From a phage: a stretch of 64,000 bases of DNA. Both the position numbers and the translations under genes were made by a program. The stretch is from assembly GCA_014685065.1 (NCBI GenBank), contig GCA_014685065.1_3930.1; one strand, written 5' to 3'. This document shows, piece by piece, positions 34,173 through 43,662 of this stretch (position 1 is its first letter; every line of letters starts with the position of its first letter). The notes below the pieces were generated by a model. The model was not told where the DNA came from and ran no database searches. It saw nothing but the letters and a program-made list of their open reading frames with translations.

Positions 34173-34219
34173 GTGTGAATAGGGGCTGATGCCCCTTTAA
34201 CTATTTATAAGGATATTTA

Positions 34220-34591
34220 ATGAAAGCTAAGAGTGCAAAAGACTTTTATTGCTTCCTACAATCCTATATCAATTCCGTGCAAAATGGTGAAAGATACAAC
34301 CTTAATGATGTTATCCCAACACCTTTGACATGGAGACTCAGTAAATGGCCTGAAGAAGACATTACACCAACAAGCAAACAACACACCTACAAACCTGAAA
34401 TCAATATTCCAGACTCTGAGAACCTATTATATCCAATGTTCCATATTGTTGGTCTTGGGAGATTCCTTATGGATATTCAGTATGTAATTGGTAAAGGTTA
34501 TAAGGTTAAAGGCATTGTTGTTGGTGATGTATCTCCACACCACAAAGGTTATTTTAGACTAAACGCACATTTAGAGGCTAAAAAGAAATGA
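34220..34591 (+). CDS. hypothetical protein (paralogue of N-terminal domain of next gene)
   Basis: 123 aa; shares motifs with 34588-35472 N-terminus (YKP, ELLY, FMDLQY.I..GK). Confidence 0.5.
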   Translation: MKAKSAKDFYCFLQSYINSVQNGERYNLNDVIPTPLTWRLSKWPEEDITPTSKQHTYKPEINIPDSENLLYPMFHIVGLGRFLMDIQYVIGKGYKVKGIVVGDVSPHHKGYFRLNAHLEAKKK

Positions 34592-35472
34592 TTAAAGCAA
34601 AGACTTACCCAGACTTTAAAGAGTTTGTGAAGGGCTTCATTGCAAACGTAAAGGCTGGTAAGAGATATGATTTTAGAACATATCAAGAGGCTATTTTACC
34701 ACTTACCTATAGTTCATATTGGCCTGAAGCTGATATTGCAGAAGTTGAGAAGTTTGACTATAAACCAGACTACAAAGTTCCATTTAGTGATGAATTGCTT
34801 TACAGTGTTGGTGCACAGATGAGAACTGCTGATTTCTTCATGGATTTGCAGTATGCAATCATCAATGGTAAAGATGTTGACACAATTTACTGTGAATGGT
34901 TGGCAAGAGTTAAGCCGTTCTCAATGTTGAATGCTAAGTTGAAAGATGTCATCACACCACCATCAATCACTCAGCAACCAACAAACCAAACAGTTAATGA
35001 GGGTGATACACTCACTCTAAGTGTTCTCGCAACTAACGCCACTGGATATCAGTGGAAGAAGGATGATGAGGATATCTCAAGTGCCACTTCTGCAACTTAC
35101 ACAAAACAGTCAGTAGCACCTTCTGATGCTGGCTCATACACTTGTGTTGTATCTGGAGAGGCTGGAACAAGTGTTACCTCAGATGCGGCAACAGTTACTG
35201 TGAATGCACTTCCAGTAATCACTCAACAGCCAGCAAATCAAGAAATCACTGAAGGTGAGACCTTAACGCTGAATGTTGTGGCTACTGGTGCAACAGGTTA
35301 TCAGTGGAAGAAAGGTGAGGAAGTCATCCCAGACGCAACTGCTGCAACTTACACCAAAGAAGGTGCAACCGCTGCTGATGCAGGAAGCTACACCTGTGTA
35401 GTTACTGGTGCAGGTGGCTCTGTAACATCTAATGCAGCAACAGTTACTGTTAACCCAGCAGGGGAGGCATAA
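34588..35472 (+). CDS. paralogue-domain protein fused to two tandem Ig-like domains
   Basis: 294 aa; C-terminal half has two ~85-aa repeats (ITQQP.NQ...GYQWKK...DAGSYTCVV.G..G.VTS.AATVTVN) with Ig I-set-like pattern. Confidence 0.55.
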   Translation: MIKAKTYPDFKEFVKGFIANVKAGKRYDFRTYQEAILPLTYSSYWPEADIAEVEKFDYKPDYKVPFSDELLYSVGAQMRTADFFMDLQYAIINGKDVDTIYCEWLARVKPFSMLNAKLKDVITPPSITQQPTNQTVNEGDTLTLSVLATNATGYQWKKDDEDISSATSATYTKQSVAPSDAGSYTCVVSGEAGTSVTSDAATVTVNALPVITQQPANQEITEGETLTLNVVATGATGYQWKKGEEVIPDATAATYTKEGATAADAGSYTCVVTGAGGSVTSNAATVTVNPAGEA

Positions 35473-35936
35473 TGCAACTCTCAAGAAAAGGTTTAGAAGC
35501 TATTAAGTTCTTTGAAGGTCTGAAGTTAGAGGCTTACGAAGACTCTGCCGGAATCCCAACAATCGGGTATGGTACAATCCGTATTGACGGAAAACCTGTT
35601 AAGATGGGTATGAAAATTACTGCTGAACAAGCTGAACAGTATCTTCTTGCAGATGTTGAAAAATTCGTTGCAGCAGTGAATAAAGCCATCAAGGTTCCAA
35701 CTTCTCAGAACGAGTTTGATGCACTTGTAAGTGAAACATACAACATTGGTATCACAGCTATGCAGGACTCTACATTTATCAAGCGCCACAACGCTGGTAA
35801 TAAGGTAGGTTGTGCAGAAGCTATGCAGTGGTGGAACAAGGTTACAGTCAAAGGTCAGAAGGTCACTTCAAACGGCCTGAAAAACAGACGTAGAATGGAA
35901 GCTGACATTTATCTTGACAGTGTATATCCAAAGTAA
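35472..35936 (+). CDS. endolysin, T4-lysozyme-like (GH24)
   Basis: 154 aa; N-terminal EG..L.AY.D..G..TIGYG catalytic motif of phage lysozymes. Confidence 0.75.
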   Translation: MQLSRKGLEAIKFFEGLKLEAYEDSAGIPTIGYGTIRIDGKPVKMGMKITAEQAEQYLLADVEKFVAAVNKAIKVPTSQNEFDALVSETYNIGITAMQDSTFIKRHNAGNKVGCAEAMQWWNKVTVKGQKVTSNGLKNRRRMEADIYLDSVYPK

Positions 35937-35944
35937 TATCTTCA

Positions 35945-35972
35945 TAGGCTCCTTCGGGAGCCTTTTTTATTT
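35945..35972 (+). terminator. rho-independent terminator after endolysin
   Basis: GGCTCC-TTCG-GGAGCC hairpin followed by TTTTTTATTTT. Confidence 0.65.
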
Positions 35973-35987
35973 TCTAAGGAGAAAACT

Positions 35988-36386
35988 ATGAAACTTTGGG
36001 CTAGTGACTTTGGAACTTTTAAGTACACTCGTAATGGCTCGCTTGTACGCATTGTCGGAAACAATGTGGTTTCAAGAGGTGACAAGGTGTATACACGGTT
36101 TACTGTAGAGCTTGTTGAGCTGTCTCCTATTGAGTCTGTTAACAATGGTCTGTTCAAGTTTGAGACTTACAATGTCAATGAACATGGACAATTCAACCCT
36201 CTTGGTGAAAGTGGACTTGATATTATTTCAGAACACCCATTGACAAAAGAGCAACTTGCAGGTTACTATAAAACTGTTCTGGAAAGGCAGTTAGCAACAC
36301 ATGAACAAGAAGCTAACTACCATCTACATCATTGCGAAACTTTAAGAGCAAAAATCGAACAAGCAGAGAGAGGTTTTTATGAATAA
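35988..36386 (+). CDS. hypothetical protein
   Basis: 132 aa; SD AAGGAGAAAA before ATG. Confidence 0.5.
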   Translation: MKLWASDFGTFKYTRNGSLVRIVGNNVVSRGDKVYTRFTVELVELSPIESVNNGLFKFETYNVNEHGQFNPLGESGLDIISEHPLTKEQLAGYYKTVLERQLATHEQEANYHLHHCETLRAKIEQAERGFYE

Positions 36387-36777
36387 AGATGTTAGAGATA
36401 TCCAAGTAAAAGTTGACACGTTTGGCCATGATGGTCGAGAAGATATAGGTTTTGCCGATGCAGTAATATACAAGTGCAACGGAGATTTATTCCTTCAGTT
36501 TACAGGGTCTGGAAGCACACTTCATCGAGTACGAGATGATGAAGATGGTTGTCCTGTATTTGGTTGGTTTGACAGGGAGTTCCCTCTTTACGCAATCCAC
36601 TACCCAGATGGTGGAGAAGACTGGACAACCCAATCCATCTTTGATGAGCTTAATGGTGTTCCAGTTGAGCAAGAAGAGCAAGAGCCTGTTGAACTTACCT
36701 TCACTTTTATCAAAGAAGAGAAAGTAGGTGACTTGTCAGTAACTGAAGCAATTCAAGTCTCACAGGTGATTCGTTAA
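36379..36777 (+). CDS. hypothetical acidic protein
   Basis: 132 aa ORF overlapping upstream stop. Confidence 0.5.
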   Translation: MNKDVRDIQVKVDTFGHDGREDIGFADAVIYKCNGDLFLQFTGSGSTLHRVRDDEDGCPVFGWFDREFPLYAIHYPDGGEDWTTQSIFDELNGVPVEQEEQEPVELTFTFIKEEKVGDLSVTEAIQVSQVIR

Positions 36778-37070
36778 TGAGTAAAGTGCAGGTTATTTTC
36801 CCTATTTGTGACTTCTCACTAGAGCGTGAACTTGACCTGTACGAAGAGATTACTGACGAAATTATCTGGTCGGTTGTAGAAGAGGCTATCAAGAAACTGT
36901 ATGGTGGCCTATTAAATCCATCAAGTAAAAAGCTCACTACTAAGCAAGTAGCTGATACGTACACTTCATATGATGCCTACAACAAGCCTTTTGAGAACAC
37001 CTGCTTTGACCTTATGGTAGGTAATAATAAAGTCAACTATTTCTTCGTCAGAGAGTTTAACGATGAGTAA
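36777..37070 (+). CDS. hypothetical protein
   Basis: 97 aa ORF, coupled starts/stops. Confidence 0.45.
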   Translation: MSKVQVIFPICDFSLERELDLYEEITDEIIWSVVEEAIKKLYGGLLNPSSKKLTTKQVADTYTSYDAYNKPFENTCFDLMVGNNKVNYFFVREFNDE

Positions 37071-37407
37071 GCTCCACGTCATAGTGTACAAAAACTTCTC
37101 AGATATCAAAGAGTCTTTAACAAATAAGCTTGACATGCAACGGAAAAGACTCTTTTTAATGTACGATATCGACAACTACGACCATCCTAAAGAGTTTAAC
37201 TACAAAGATGGTACAAAGGTTGTTGAGTTTGAAGACTCTGTAACGGTGTATGTCAAGCATGACTTACCAGCAAAGTATATAGGGATGTTAGAGTACTACA
37301 TATTCAAACATACTGGTATGCGTGGTGAATCTGTTAAGATATCTTCTATAGAAGTTTTTGAGAAACCTAACACACAACTTAAAAAGTATTTAATGAGGAA
37401 ACTGTAA
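37063..37407 (+). CDS. hypothetical protein
   Basis: 114 aa ORF. Confidence 0.45.
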   Translation: MSKLHVIVYKNFSDIKESLTNKLDMQRKRLFLMYDIDNYDHPKEFNYKDGTKVVEFEDSVTVYVKHDLPAKYIGMLEYYIFKHTGMRGESVKISSIEVFEKPNTQLKKYLMRKL

Positions 37408-37988
37408 TGTCCGAAGAGCAACAGAATATCACTCCACAAGTTACACTAGTCCAACACTTTGGAAACATTGAAGGGTGTGTTGCACTTTTTCAACCAAGTA
37501 TCAACTCTCCTGCAAAAGTTTGTAAGTTGACTATGAATATCAACAATATCAGTGTTTGTCTTGTTGATGAAGTTCAGTACTTCAAGTTCAATGACAGAGA
37601 AGTTGATGCAGCTTTGTTGAAGTATCGTGCAAATCTCGAAAAAGACATTGACCACAAAGAGCTTGTAACACTGTTTGGTGACCTTCACAAGCTTCTTGAA
37701 AAGGTTATGAAACGAACATACTACATGAACAATGGTTCAATCATCACCACTTTGATTTCACCATGTATTTCAGAGCCAATTTTAACTGATGACGGTGGAT
37801 ACTACGTGGTAGCATCAGCAGATTCTGATTGGTGGATGAAGAACACAGCACTTAAAACAGTGATTGAGGCTATCCGCGAACATATCCCTTCATTCAGCCC
37901 GTGGAAAGGTAAAAGTGATGATTTCATTGCACTGTTGAGTGAAGAGAGTAACAAGCGCAGTGCATTGCTGCCTAAAAAATACTCTTGA
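37407..37988 (+). CDS. hypothetical protein
   Basis: 193 aa ORF followed by terminator. Confidence 0.5.
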   Translation: MSEEQQNITPQVTLVQHFGNIEGCVALFQPSINSPAKVCKLTMNINNISVCLVDEVQYFKFNDREVDAALLKYRANLEKDIDHKELVTLFGDLHKLLEKVMKRTYYMNNGSIITTLISPCISEPILTDDGGYYVVASADSDWWMKNTALKTVIEAIREHIPSFSPWKGKSDDFIALLSEESNKRSALLPKKYS

Positions 37989-38011
37989 CCAAGTATACAA
38001 CACTTATTATG

Positions 38012-38045
38012 ATGGGAGCTATCGAGAGGTAGTTCCCTTTTTAGT
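38012..38045 (+). terminator. rho-independent terminator
   Basis: GGGAGCTA-TCGAGAGG-TAGTTCCC hairpin followed by TTTTTAG. Confidence 0.55.
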
Positions 38046-38071
38046 TTCTAGATAAGAGACATGGTGAAAGA

Positions 38072-38290
38072 ATGAAAAAGTTAACTACAGTTGAAGATTA
38101 CTACAAACTATCCCTGTTAGAGCAGTATCGCAGAAGCCAGAGTATCAGAAAATGCTATGGTAAAAACGCTGAAGGTGACTTTTACCGTTGCTATGATGCA
38201 GATTTAAATGGTGTAACACCTAGAGGGAAAGTCCTGCAAAGACTTGTTGACCTTGAGTGGAACAAAAGATTGAGAGGGGTTGGGAAATGA
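38072..38290 (+). CDS. hypothetical protein
   Basis: 72 aa; SD region GGTGAAAGA before ATG. Confidence 0.45.
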   Translation: MKKLTTVEDYYKLSLLEQYRRSQSIRKCYGKNAEGDFYRCYDADLNGVTPRGKVLQRLVDLEWNKRLRGVGK

Positions 38291-38790
38291 TTTACGAAGA
38301 AAGATACAAGATAGATTTTCAGGATACTCGCCATCACACTTCTTTAAGAGTGACGAAACCAAATGGAGAGACTGGTATCATAGCACATTTCGGTGGTGAT
38401 TATTGGTATGGTACAGGCTGCTTTGAAGGCTACACTCAAGAATACTTGAAAGCTTTCTACAGAGACTTTACAAATGACTACAACAGGGTTGTTGACGAAA
38501 AGAATAAGTGCATTAAGCATGAACACCATGCCAGAGGTTGTTTAAGTACGGTAATGGTACTGGCATTTTTCCTAGCAACATTACTAGCTGTATCAACAAT
38601 CAGTTCCATAGCTCAAGACTTAACCATTACACAGATTAATGCAAAGGTATATGATGTTTGGTACTTGTATGCTGTTCCTTTAGCTGGTATCATTATCTCA
38701 CTACTAAGATTCAGAGTTCATAAGAAACGACTTAAGGACTCGGAGATTAAACTTGAAGAGGTAAGTAAAGAATGCAACCTACAATTATAG
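38287..38790 (+). CDS. hypothetical membrane-anchored protein
   Basis: Start set at ATG overlapping upstream TGA (ATGA); two C-terminal hydrophobic helices. Confidence 0.45.
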   Translation: MIYEERYKIDFQDTRHHTSLRVTKPNGETGIIAHFGGDYWYGTGCFEGYTQEYLKAFYRDFTNDYNRVVDEKNKCIKHEHHARGCLSTVMVLAFFLATLLAVSTISSIAQDLTITQINAKVYDVWYLYAVPLAGIIISLLRFRVHKKRLKDSEIKLEEVSKECNLQL

Positions 38791-38866
38791 CTGTATGTGT
38801 TCGTTTTGCAATCGCTGAAATGATTAACAAGGCAATCTTGAAAGATGCCTATGGAGAGACTAAGTA

Positions 38867-39091
38867 ATGATTAAGACACCTGTACCAATTTTTGGATTTC
38901 CTTCTATTGAAGAGTTCAAAGTTTATCTTGACAAAAACTTCTACAATGAGCAACCTGTTACTCTGCTGAAGAGTGATTTATCAGAGCTTCTTGATATGGT
39001 TATCAAGGCAACTTCTGAGAAGGAACCTGAGCAGAAAGCTGAGAAGAAGACTAGTAAGAAATCCGATAAGAAGACTGAAAAGTCTGAGTAG
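38867..39091 (+). CDS. hypothetical protein with Lys/Glu-rich C-terminal tail
   Basis: 74 aa ORF. Confidence 0.45.
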   Translation: MIKTPVPIFGFPSIEEFKVYLDKNFYNEQPVTLLKSDLSELLDMVIKATSEKEPEQKAEKKTSKKSDKKTEKSE

Positions 39092-39144
39092 TAGCTTGAG
39101 GGGTTACTTGATAGCCCCTTTGTAGAAACTTAGAAGGTAGCGAA

Positions 39145-39573
39145 ATGAAAGAACTTATAGGTAAAGAGCTTGACGTTGTAGATGCAAAGACACAGAGGTA
39201 TATAGCTACTGTTAAGTTTCTTGGAATGAATGATGCAAGTGATGATTACCCTCTCAACTGCATAGTTTTAGATAAGTTTAAGGTTTGTGGTATTAATTTT
39301 AATGAGGATAACTTTATAAGCTTTGATAAGGACGGTTTCTGGCGTGGTAAGAACCATCCTCAAGCAAATGAGTTTGATATGCGTCTAGTGATACCACAAA
39401 AAGGTAAATCACAAAATGTAAAAGATATCCTTGTAGAAGCCTATGCAGAAGGTATAATAGATGTTGTGCATGATGTTGAAAAAGCTTTAAAGCTTGTTAT
39501 GCCACATTTAGAATCTGGAAAGCTGACTTTAGAGATGCTTAATAGGGTTATTCGGAGAGCTTATGAAAATTAA
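39145..39573 (+). CDS. hypothetical protein
   Basis: 142 aa; SD AAGGTAGCGAA before ATG. Confidence 0.5.
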   Translation: MKELIGKELDVVDAKTQRYIATVKFLGMNDASDDYPLNCIVLDKFKVCGINFNEDNFISFDKDGFWRGKNHPQANEFDMRLVIPQKGKSQNVKDILVEAYAEGIIDVVHDVEKALKLVMPHLESGKLTLEMLNRVIRRAYEN

Positions 39574-40027
39574 AGAAGTAGTGCAAAGAGCAATGCTTGA
39601 CAACTCAACTAAAGATGAGATGTACAAAGAGATTTGTGATAAGTTGAATTGCTCAAGACATGCTGCTAAGGTTCTTGTACATTGTTTTATCTGGGAATGC
39701 TCAGAAGCTTATATGAAACACGTAGCTTTTGAGAGTTCTCATTTACTCGGTGATGCAAAAATAGGTGTAGCACTAAAAGAGCCTGAGATGAAAACAGTAC
39801 CTAAAGTTGGTAATGTGTATAAACTAAAAAATTTTATTACAGGCGAGATTGTTGCAGAAGGTGAAGTGCAACAGGTTTATCATGATGGTAAATATCTGTT
39901 TAAGATATTCGAGTATGATAGTCGTTACAGACACTTATGTGGTATTACATTTTTAGTTTCAGAGGATGACATCATCAAGAACAATAGTAATAAATTCGCA
40001 GTACCAGAATATCAAGTTTTACGATAA
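39563..40027 (+). CDS. hypothetical protein
   Basis: 154 aa ORF overlapping upstream gene end. Confidence 0.5.
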   Translation: MKIKEVVQRAMLDNSTKDEMYKEICDKLNCSRHAAKVLVHCFIWECSEAYMKHVAFESSHLLGDAKIGVALKEPEMKTVPKVGNVYKLKNFITGEIVAEGEVQQVYHDGKYLFKIFEYDSRYRHLCGITFLVSEDDIIKNNSNKFAVPEYQVLR

Positions 40028-40589
40028 TGGTGTGATAGATATGGAAAAAGATAACTTAAAAGAAGTTGAAGGTAACTACTTAGTACTTGACTGGAAGGAT
40101 GTTCGGGAAGCACTCTCCGAAGAAAATCTTGACTGGTTCGAACAAATTATCTTTGCAGTACGGCATAACCGAGAAGTTGAAAATGGTAAAGAGCCACTTG
40201 AAGGAATCTTTGTAGAAAGGTCTTATCCATTCTATGAAGACACTTTGCAGAAAGTTAAAATGTACTTTAAACAGAAGAACCGTAAAGTGGTCACTATGGT
40301 ATCTCTTGGTGGACAGAGTATGTCTGTGATGGAAGATATCAACCCTAAGAGACCGAGTAAAGGCGTTTGTATAAAAATCACAGGTCATGAAGAGTATATC
40401 TCAGTGAATGACTTTAGTGCATTCTGTAATGGTTCTGCTGTCTTTAATGGGTTTCACTATGATATCCGAGTGTACCCAATCAAGGGAGATGATATCATGA
40501 TGCAGATATTCGATAACAATAATGGATTTACTCATTTTTATCAGACAACTAAGTCATCCCTAAAAACAGTTCTGGAAACACTGATTTAA
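39966..40589 (+). CDS. hypothetical protein (start uncertain; alternative ATG near 40041)
   Basis: 207 aa by ORF track, but first 25 codons overlap upstream gene; last gene of plus-strand operon. Confidence 0.45.
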   Translation: MTSSRTIVINSQYQNIKFYDNGVIDMEKDNLKEVEGNYLVLDWKDVREALSEENLDWFEQIIFAVRHNREVENGKEPLEGIFVERSYPFYEDTLQKVKMYFKQKNRKVVTMVSLGGQSMSVMEDINPKRPSKGVCIKITGHEEYISVNDFSAFCNGSAVFNGFHYDIRVYPIKGDDIMMQIFDNNNGFTHFYQTTKSSLKTVLETLI

Positions 40590-40597
40590 AATATCTT

Positions 40598-40632
40598 AAG
40601 AGCCTCCTTAATTGGGGGCTTTTTAATTTTTT
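40598..40632 (+). terminator. rho-independent terminator ending the plus-strand operon
   Basis: AGCCTCC-TTAATT-GGGGGCT hairpin followed by TTTTTAATTTTTT. Confidence 0.6.
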
Positions 40633-40639
40633 ATAAAAT

Positions 40640-42200
40640 TTTATCGGTTGTCCCAACCTCTGGGTCACCATCATATGTGAACAAAATATCTATCCTTCTT
40701 AACAACCTTTTTAATCTTACTCTCTATATAGTTATATAGTACTATATAGTATCTTAGTATCTATCTAGTGGTCTTAATAGCCCTCTATATAACCCTTCTA
40801 ACTAGCCTTCTAACAAGCCTTCTTAACAACCTATACAATCACCTTAACCATCTCTCTATACCCTCTTAGAAGCTCCTATACACCTCTTAATCTCTAGGTT
40901 AGATATGTTACCCTCTATAGGTGTTCACTAGGTATTACTAAGCCTCTATATAGACTGTTTTAACAAACTTAACAGGAATATCTTTACAGGCCTTATCTCA
41001 CAAGGTCTAACACGGTACTAACAAGGTATCTTATAAGCCTGTTTCTACCTGTATTTTTAAAAGACTGTATAGGTAATTATTCAGATTTTTAAAATTTTTA
41101 TAAAATAGGACTATCAAGTCATTTTTTAGGGTCTTTGAAGGAACTCAAAAATATCTGATTAGGATGTATATCTGCTTGGTAGCCCTTAACATCCCTGTAA
41201 CATCCCCTTTGCAGAATTTTAAAATATCCTTAACAATCTCTTAACAACTCTCTCAATCTCTTAACATCTCTTCAGAGGTCTTAACAGATTCTTAACATAA
41301 CTAACAAGGGCTTAACAGTTTCTTAACAGACGATACATGGTCTTTATAGTCTCTTAACAGATGACTAACAAGAGCTAACAAGTTAATTTTTAAGAGTTAT
41401 TTTGTTAAGATAATTAACAAGTTCCTAACAAGTGTTTAATCTTTTTAACAAGCTATTAACATGGTCACTATCTCTTTTCTTATCGTTCCCTTTCCTTTCT
41501 TAGTGAACTCTTAAACATACCTCTTAAAAGCTCTCTATAGCTCTGTATAGCCCCTTTTAAGCCTCTTCCTAGTAATTACACCCCAACTGTACAGATAGCT
41601 CTTTATAGGGCTTTACAGGAGCTTTTAAGGCTATGTCAAAGACTCTTACAAGGCTTTTACGTGGTCTTAACAGAGATTTAACAAGGGGCTAACAAGTTGC
41701 TAACAAGTGCCTTAAAAGCATAACTATGTAGGGATTGTTAAGAAATTGTTAAGAGAATGTTAAGGGGGCTAGCATTTACGTAACTTTGAAGATACATTTA
41801 CGTAACTTTTAAGCTACTTCAAAGTAACTTTATAACCCCTATAACATACTTTTTAGACACTATCAAGCCTTTTTAGATATTCACAAGAATACTAACGAGA
41901 CGATAAAGCTTACACCCTTATAAGATTCTTTTAAGTCTCTGGGAAGCTTTATAAAGGGCTTTTTAGGGTGAGTTAATGCAATCCCTTAAGTTAGGTTGAT
42001 AAGGCTGTTATAGAGCTTTATAGAGCGTTTAAACGGTTGCCCTTCCCTTTCGGGTTATGGGCTTATATTTAAGTTGATTTGATAAAAGGTTATAGAGTAG
42101 ACTATAGAGTTATTGCTTTTAAGGTATGAGATAGGTTCTATCGAATCAGTGGGAAGATTCTGGAAAGGAAAGGAAAGGGATTGTATAAGGATTCAATAGA
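40640..42200. repeat. ORF-free repeat-dense region (iteron-like CTTAACA arrays, TATAGAG boxes, tandem 15-mer)
   Basis: No ORF of 60 aa or more in 1.6 kb; at least 14 CTTAACA/CTAACAAG heptamers in 41221-41460, several ~11 bp apart; CCTCTATA(T)AG boxes; CATTTACGTAACTTT tandem at 41773/41795. Confidence 0.6.
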
Positions 42201-42202
42201 CG

Positions 42203-42230
42203 TAAAAAAGCCCCTTTAAATAGGGGCTGT
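42203..42230 (-). terminator. rho-independent terminator ending the minus-strand early cluster
   Basis: Perfect palindrome AGCCCCT-ATTTAA-AGGGGCT followed on minus strand by UUUUUU. Confidence 0.6.
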
Positions 42231-42266
42231 TCAGGTATCTGGGGCTATTTAGCCCCGTTGCGTCGA

Positions 42267-42515
42267 TTAGTTGTAACCTTGTTTATTGTAGTACAGGGAA
42301 ACAATCAAGTCACCCCAGTAATGATAGTGATGCTCGTCGTTTAATGCCTCTTTTACAGCATCTTTCCAGAAGTCATCAGTAGGGTTATAATCTGGAATAA
42401 CTTGTTTGATAACTGTCTTCACTAATGAAAAACACTCATCAGTTCCACCAATATCGAATTTAACGTCCAGAGTATAACAGCCATAGGCATTGACAGTTGC
42501 GCGGATAGTTGCCAT
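42267..42515 (-). CDS. hypothetical small protein (early cluster)
   Basis: 82 aa; preceded by type-A promoter/leader cassette and SD TAGGAGAT. Confidence 0.55.
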   Translation of the reverse strand: MATIRATVNAYGCYTLDVKFDIGGTDECFSLVKTVIKQVIPDYNPTDDFWKDAVKEALNDEHHYHYWGDLIVSLYYNKQGYN

Positions 42516-42607
42516 TTTAGAATCTCCTAGTTTAAGGGTTTTATTTAGTGGGGAGGTTATCGCCTCCCGTTGATTAGTAATTTACTGCATATTGGCGTAT
42601 GTTGCAA
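42516..42607 (-). promoter_or_regulatory. type-A cassette: promoter TTGCAA-N17-TAAATT plus conserved leader hairpin and SD
   Basis: Minus-sense -35/-10 at exact 17-bp spacing; transcribed hairpin CAACGGGAGG...CCTCCC; SD AGGAGAT. Confidence 0.55.
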
Positions 42608-42845
42608 GCCTTTTTTCGTTGTATTTTGTAAGAATCTCACAAGATACAACATCATACTTTGTGACAGCGTTGCCTTTGTCGAGGTCAAAAAAGCCAAACG
42701 CTTTACCATCTTTGAATCCGACAACTTCATAAGATTCTTTGATGATTTCACCATTGAATAAATCGCTTTCGATACGGTGAAACAGTGCTACATCTTCTTT
42801 GTCAGTTGCAATTTGTAAAAGTGTGGTTAATTCTACGTTTTCCAT
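42582..42845 (-). CDS. hypothetical small protein (early cluster)
   Basis: 87 aa; SD GGAG before ATG; type-A cassette upstream. Confidence 0.55.
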   Translation of the reverse strand: MENVELTTLLQIATDKEDVALFHRIESDLFNGEIIKESYEVVGFKDGKAFGFFDLDKGNAVTKYDVVSCEILTKYNEKRLATYANMQ

Positions 42846-42937
42846 CTTGATAACTCCAGTTTAGGACTTTATTTAGTGGGGAAGGTCATTCCCTCCCCGT
42901 TGATTGACAATTTACAGACTTTTTATTGTCTCGTCAA
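42846..42937 (-). promoter_or_regulatory. type-A cassette: promoter TTGACG-N17-TAAATT plus leader hairpin and SD
   Basis: Hairpin GGGGAGGGAATGACCTTCCCC in leader; same layout as other type-A copies. Confidence 0.55.
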
Positions 42938-43442
42938 TATCTTTTTCAATGTCTTTTAAAGTTTTTTCTAAGTTCTTGATATTGAAGGATAAACCTTCAC
43001 CGAGAGTCTTAGAGTAACCACTAGGACGTAAATTATACAGTTTAATTTCTTCCACTTTAAAGAGACTAACTAACTCACCGTTTACATCATAAGCCATTGA
43101 AACAGTATTTGCAGGTGCATTGTAAAACTTGTTTAGTGACTTGATAGAACGTTCATAAGCCATTTTATAACCGTTTAAAAGGCTTTTAACGTGGTTGTGA
43201 ACGTTTTTACACTCATCTAAGTAAATCTCTAAGAATAACGGTAATAATTCCGCTACAGCTTGCATAAAGTGAGAGACTACAACGGTTGAAACATTACGAC
43301 GATGAACGTAATAAGCCCCGTTTTCTGATTTGGTGATTGTTGCGAAATGTACCCCATTACAACGGAATTCGTATGTATCTTTTACAGGCTTAGACATTAC
43401 AGCATTTGAACGAATGAAGTTGATAGCTTGAAATTTGTTCAT
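42912..43442 (-). CDS. hypothetical protein (early cluster)
   Basis: 176 aa; type-A cassette upstream. Confidence 0.55.
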   Translation of the reverse strand: MNKFQAINFIRSNAVMSKPVKDTYEFRCNGVHFATITKSENGAYYVHRRNVSTVVVSHFMQAVAELLPLFLEIYLDECKNVHNHVKSLLNGYKMAYERSIKSLNKFYNAPANTVSMAYDVNGELVSLFKVEEIKLYNLRPSGYSKTLGEGLSFNIKNLEKTLKDIEKDIDETIKSL

Positions 43443-43530
43443 TTTAGAATCTCCAGTTTAGGACTTTATTTAGTGGGGAGGTTATTGCCTTCCCGTTGAT
43501 TAGTAATTTACTTGTTTTGATAGTTGATTG
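43443..43530 (-). promoter_or_regulatory. type-A cassette: promoter TTGCAA-N17-TAAATT plus leader hairpin and SD
   Basis: Conserved ACTAATCAACGGGAAGG...CCTCCCCACTAAATAAAG leader. Confidence 0.55.
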
Positions 43531-43662
43531 CAAGTAATTTTTTGAGCTTATCTATAAAGAATCTTTTAAGTGAATCCCTTTTAGATAAACCCCCTCGAAC
43601 AAAGTTACCAATGTCAAGGGGTATTGTCAACATTTTTTTAAAAGTTTTTTGTAAGTTATTGA

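Noticed and set aside
40590-42266. Protein-coding potential in the 1.7 kb repeat region
   Set aside because: No ORF of 60 aa or more on either strand and the sequence is dominated by short direct repeats; treated as non-coding.
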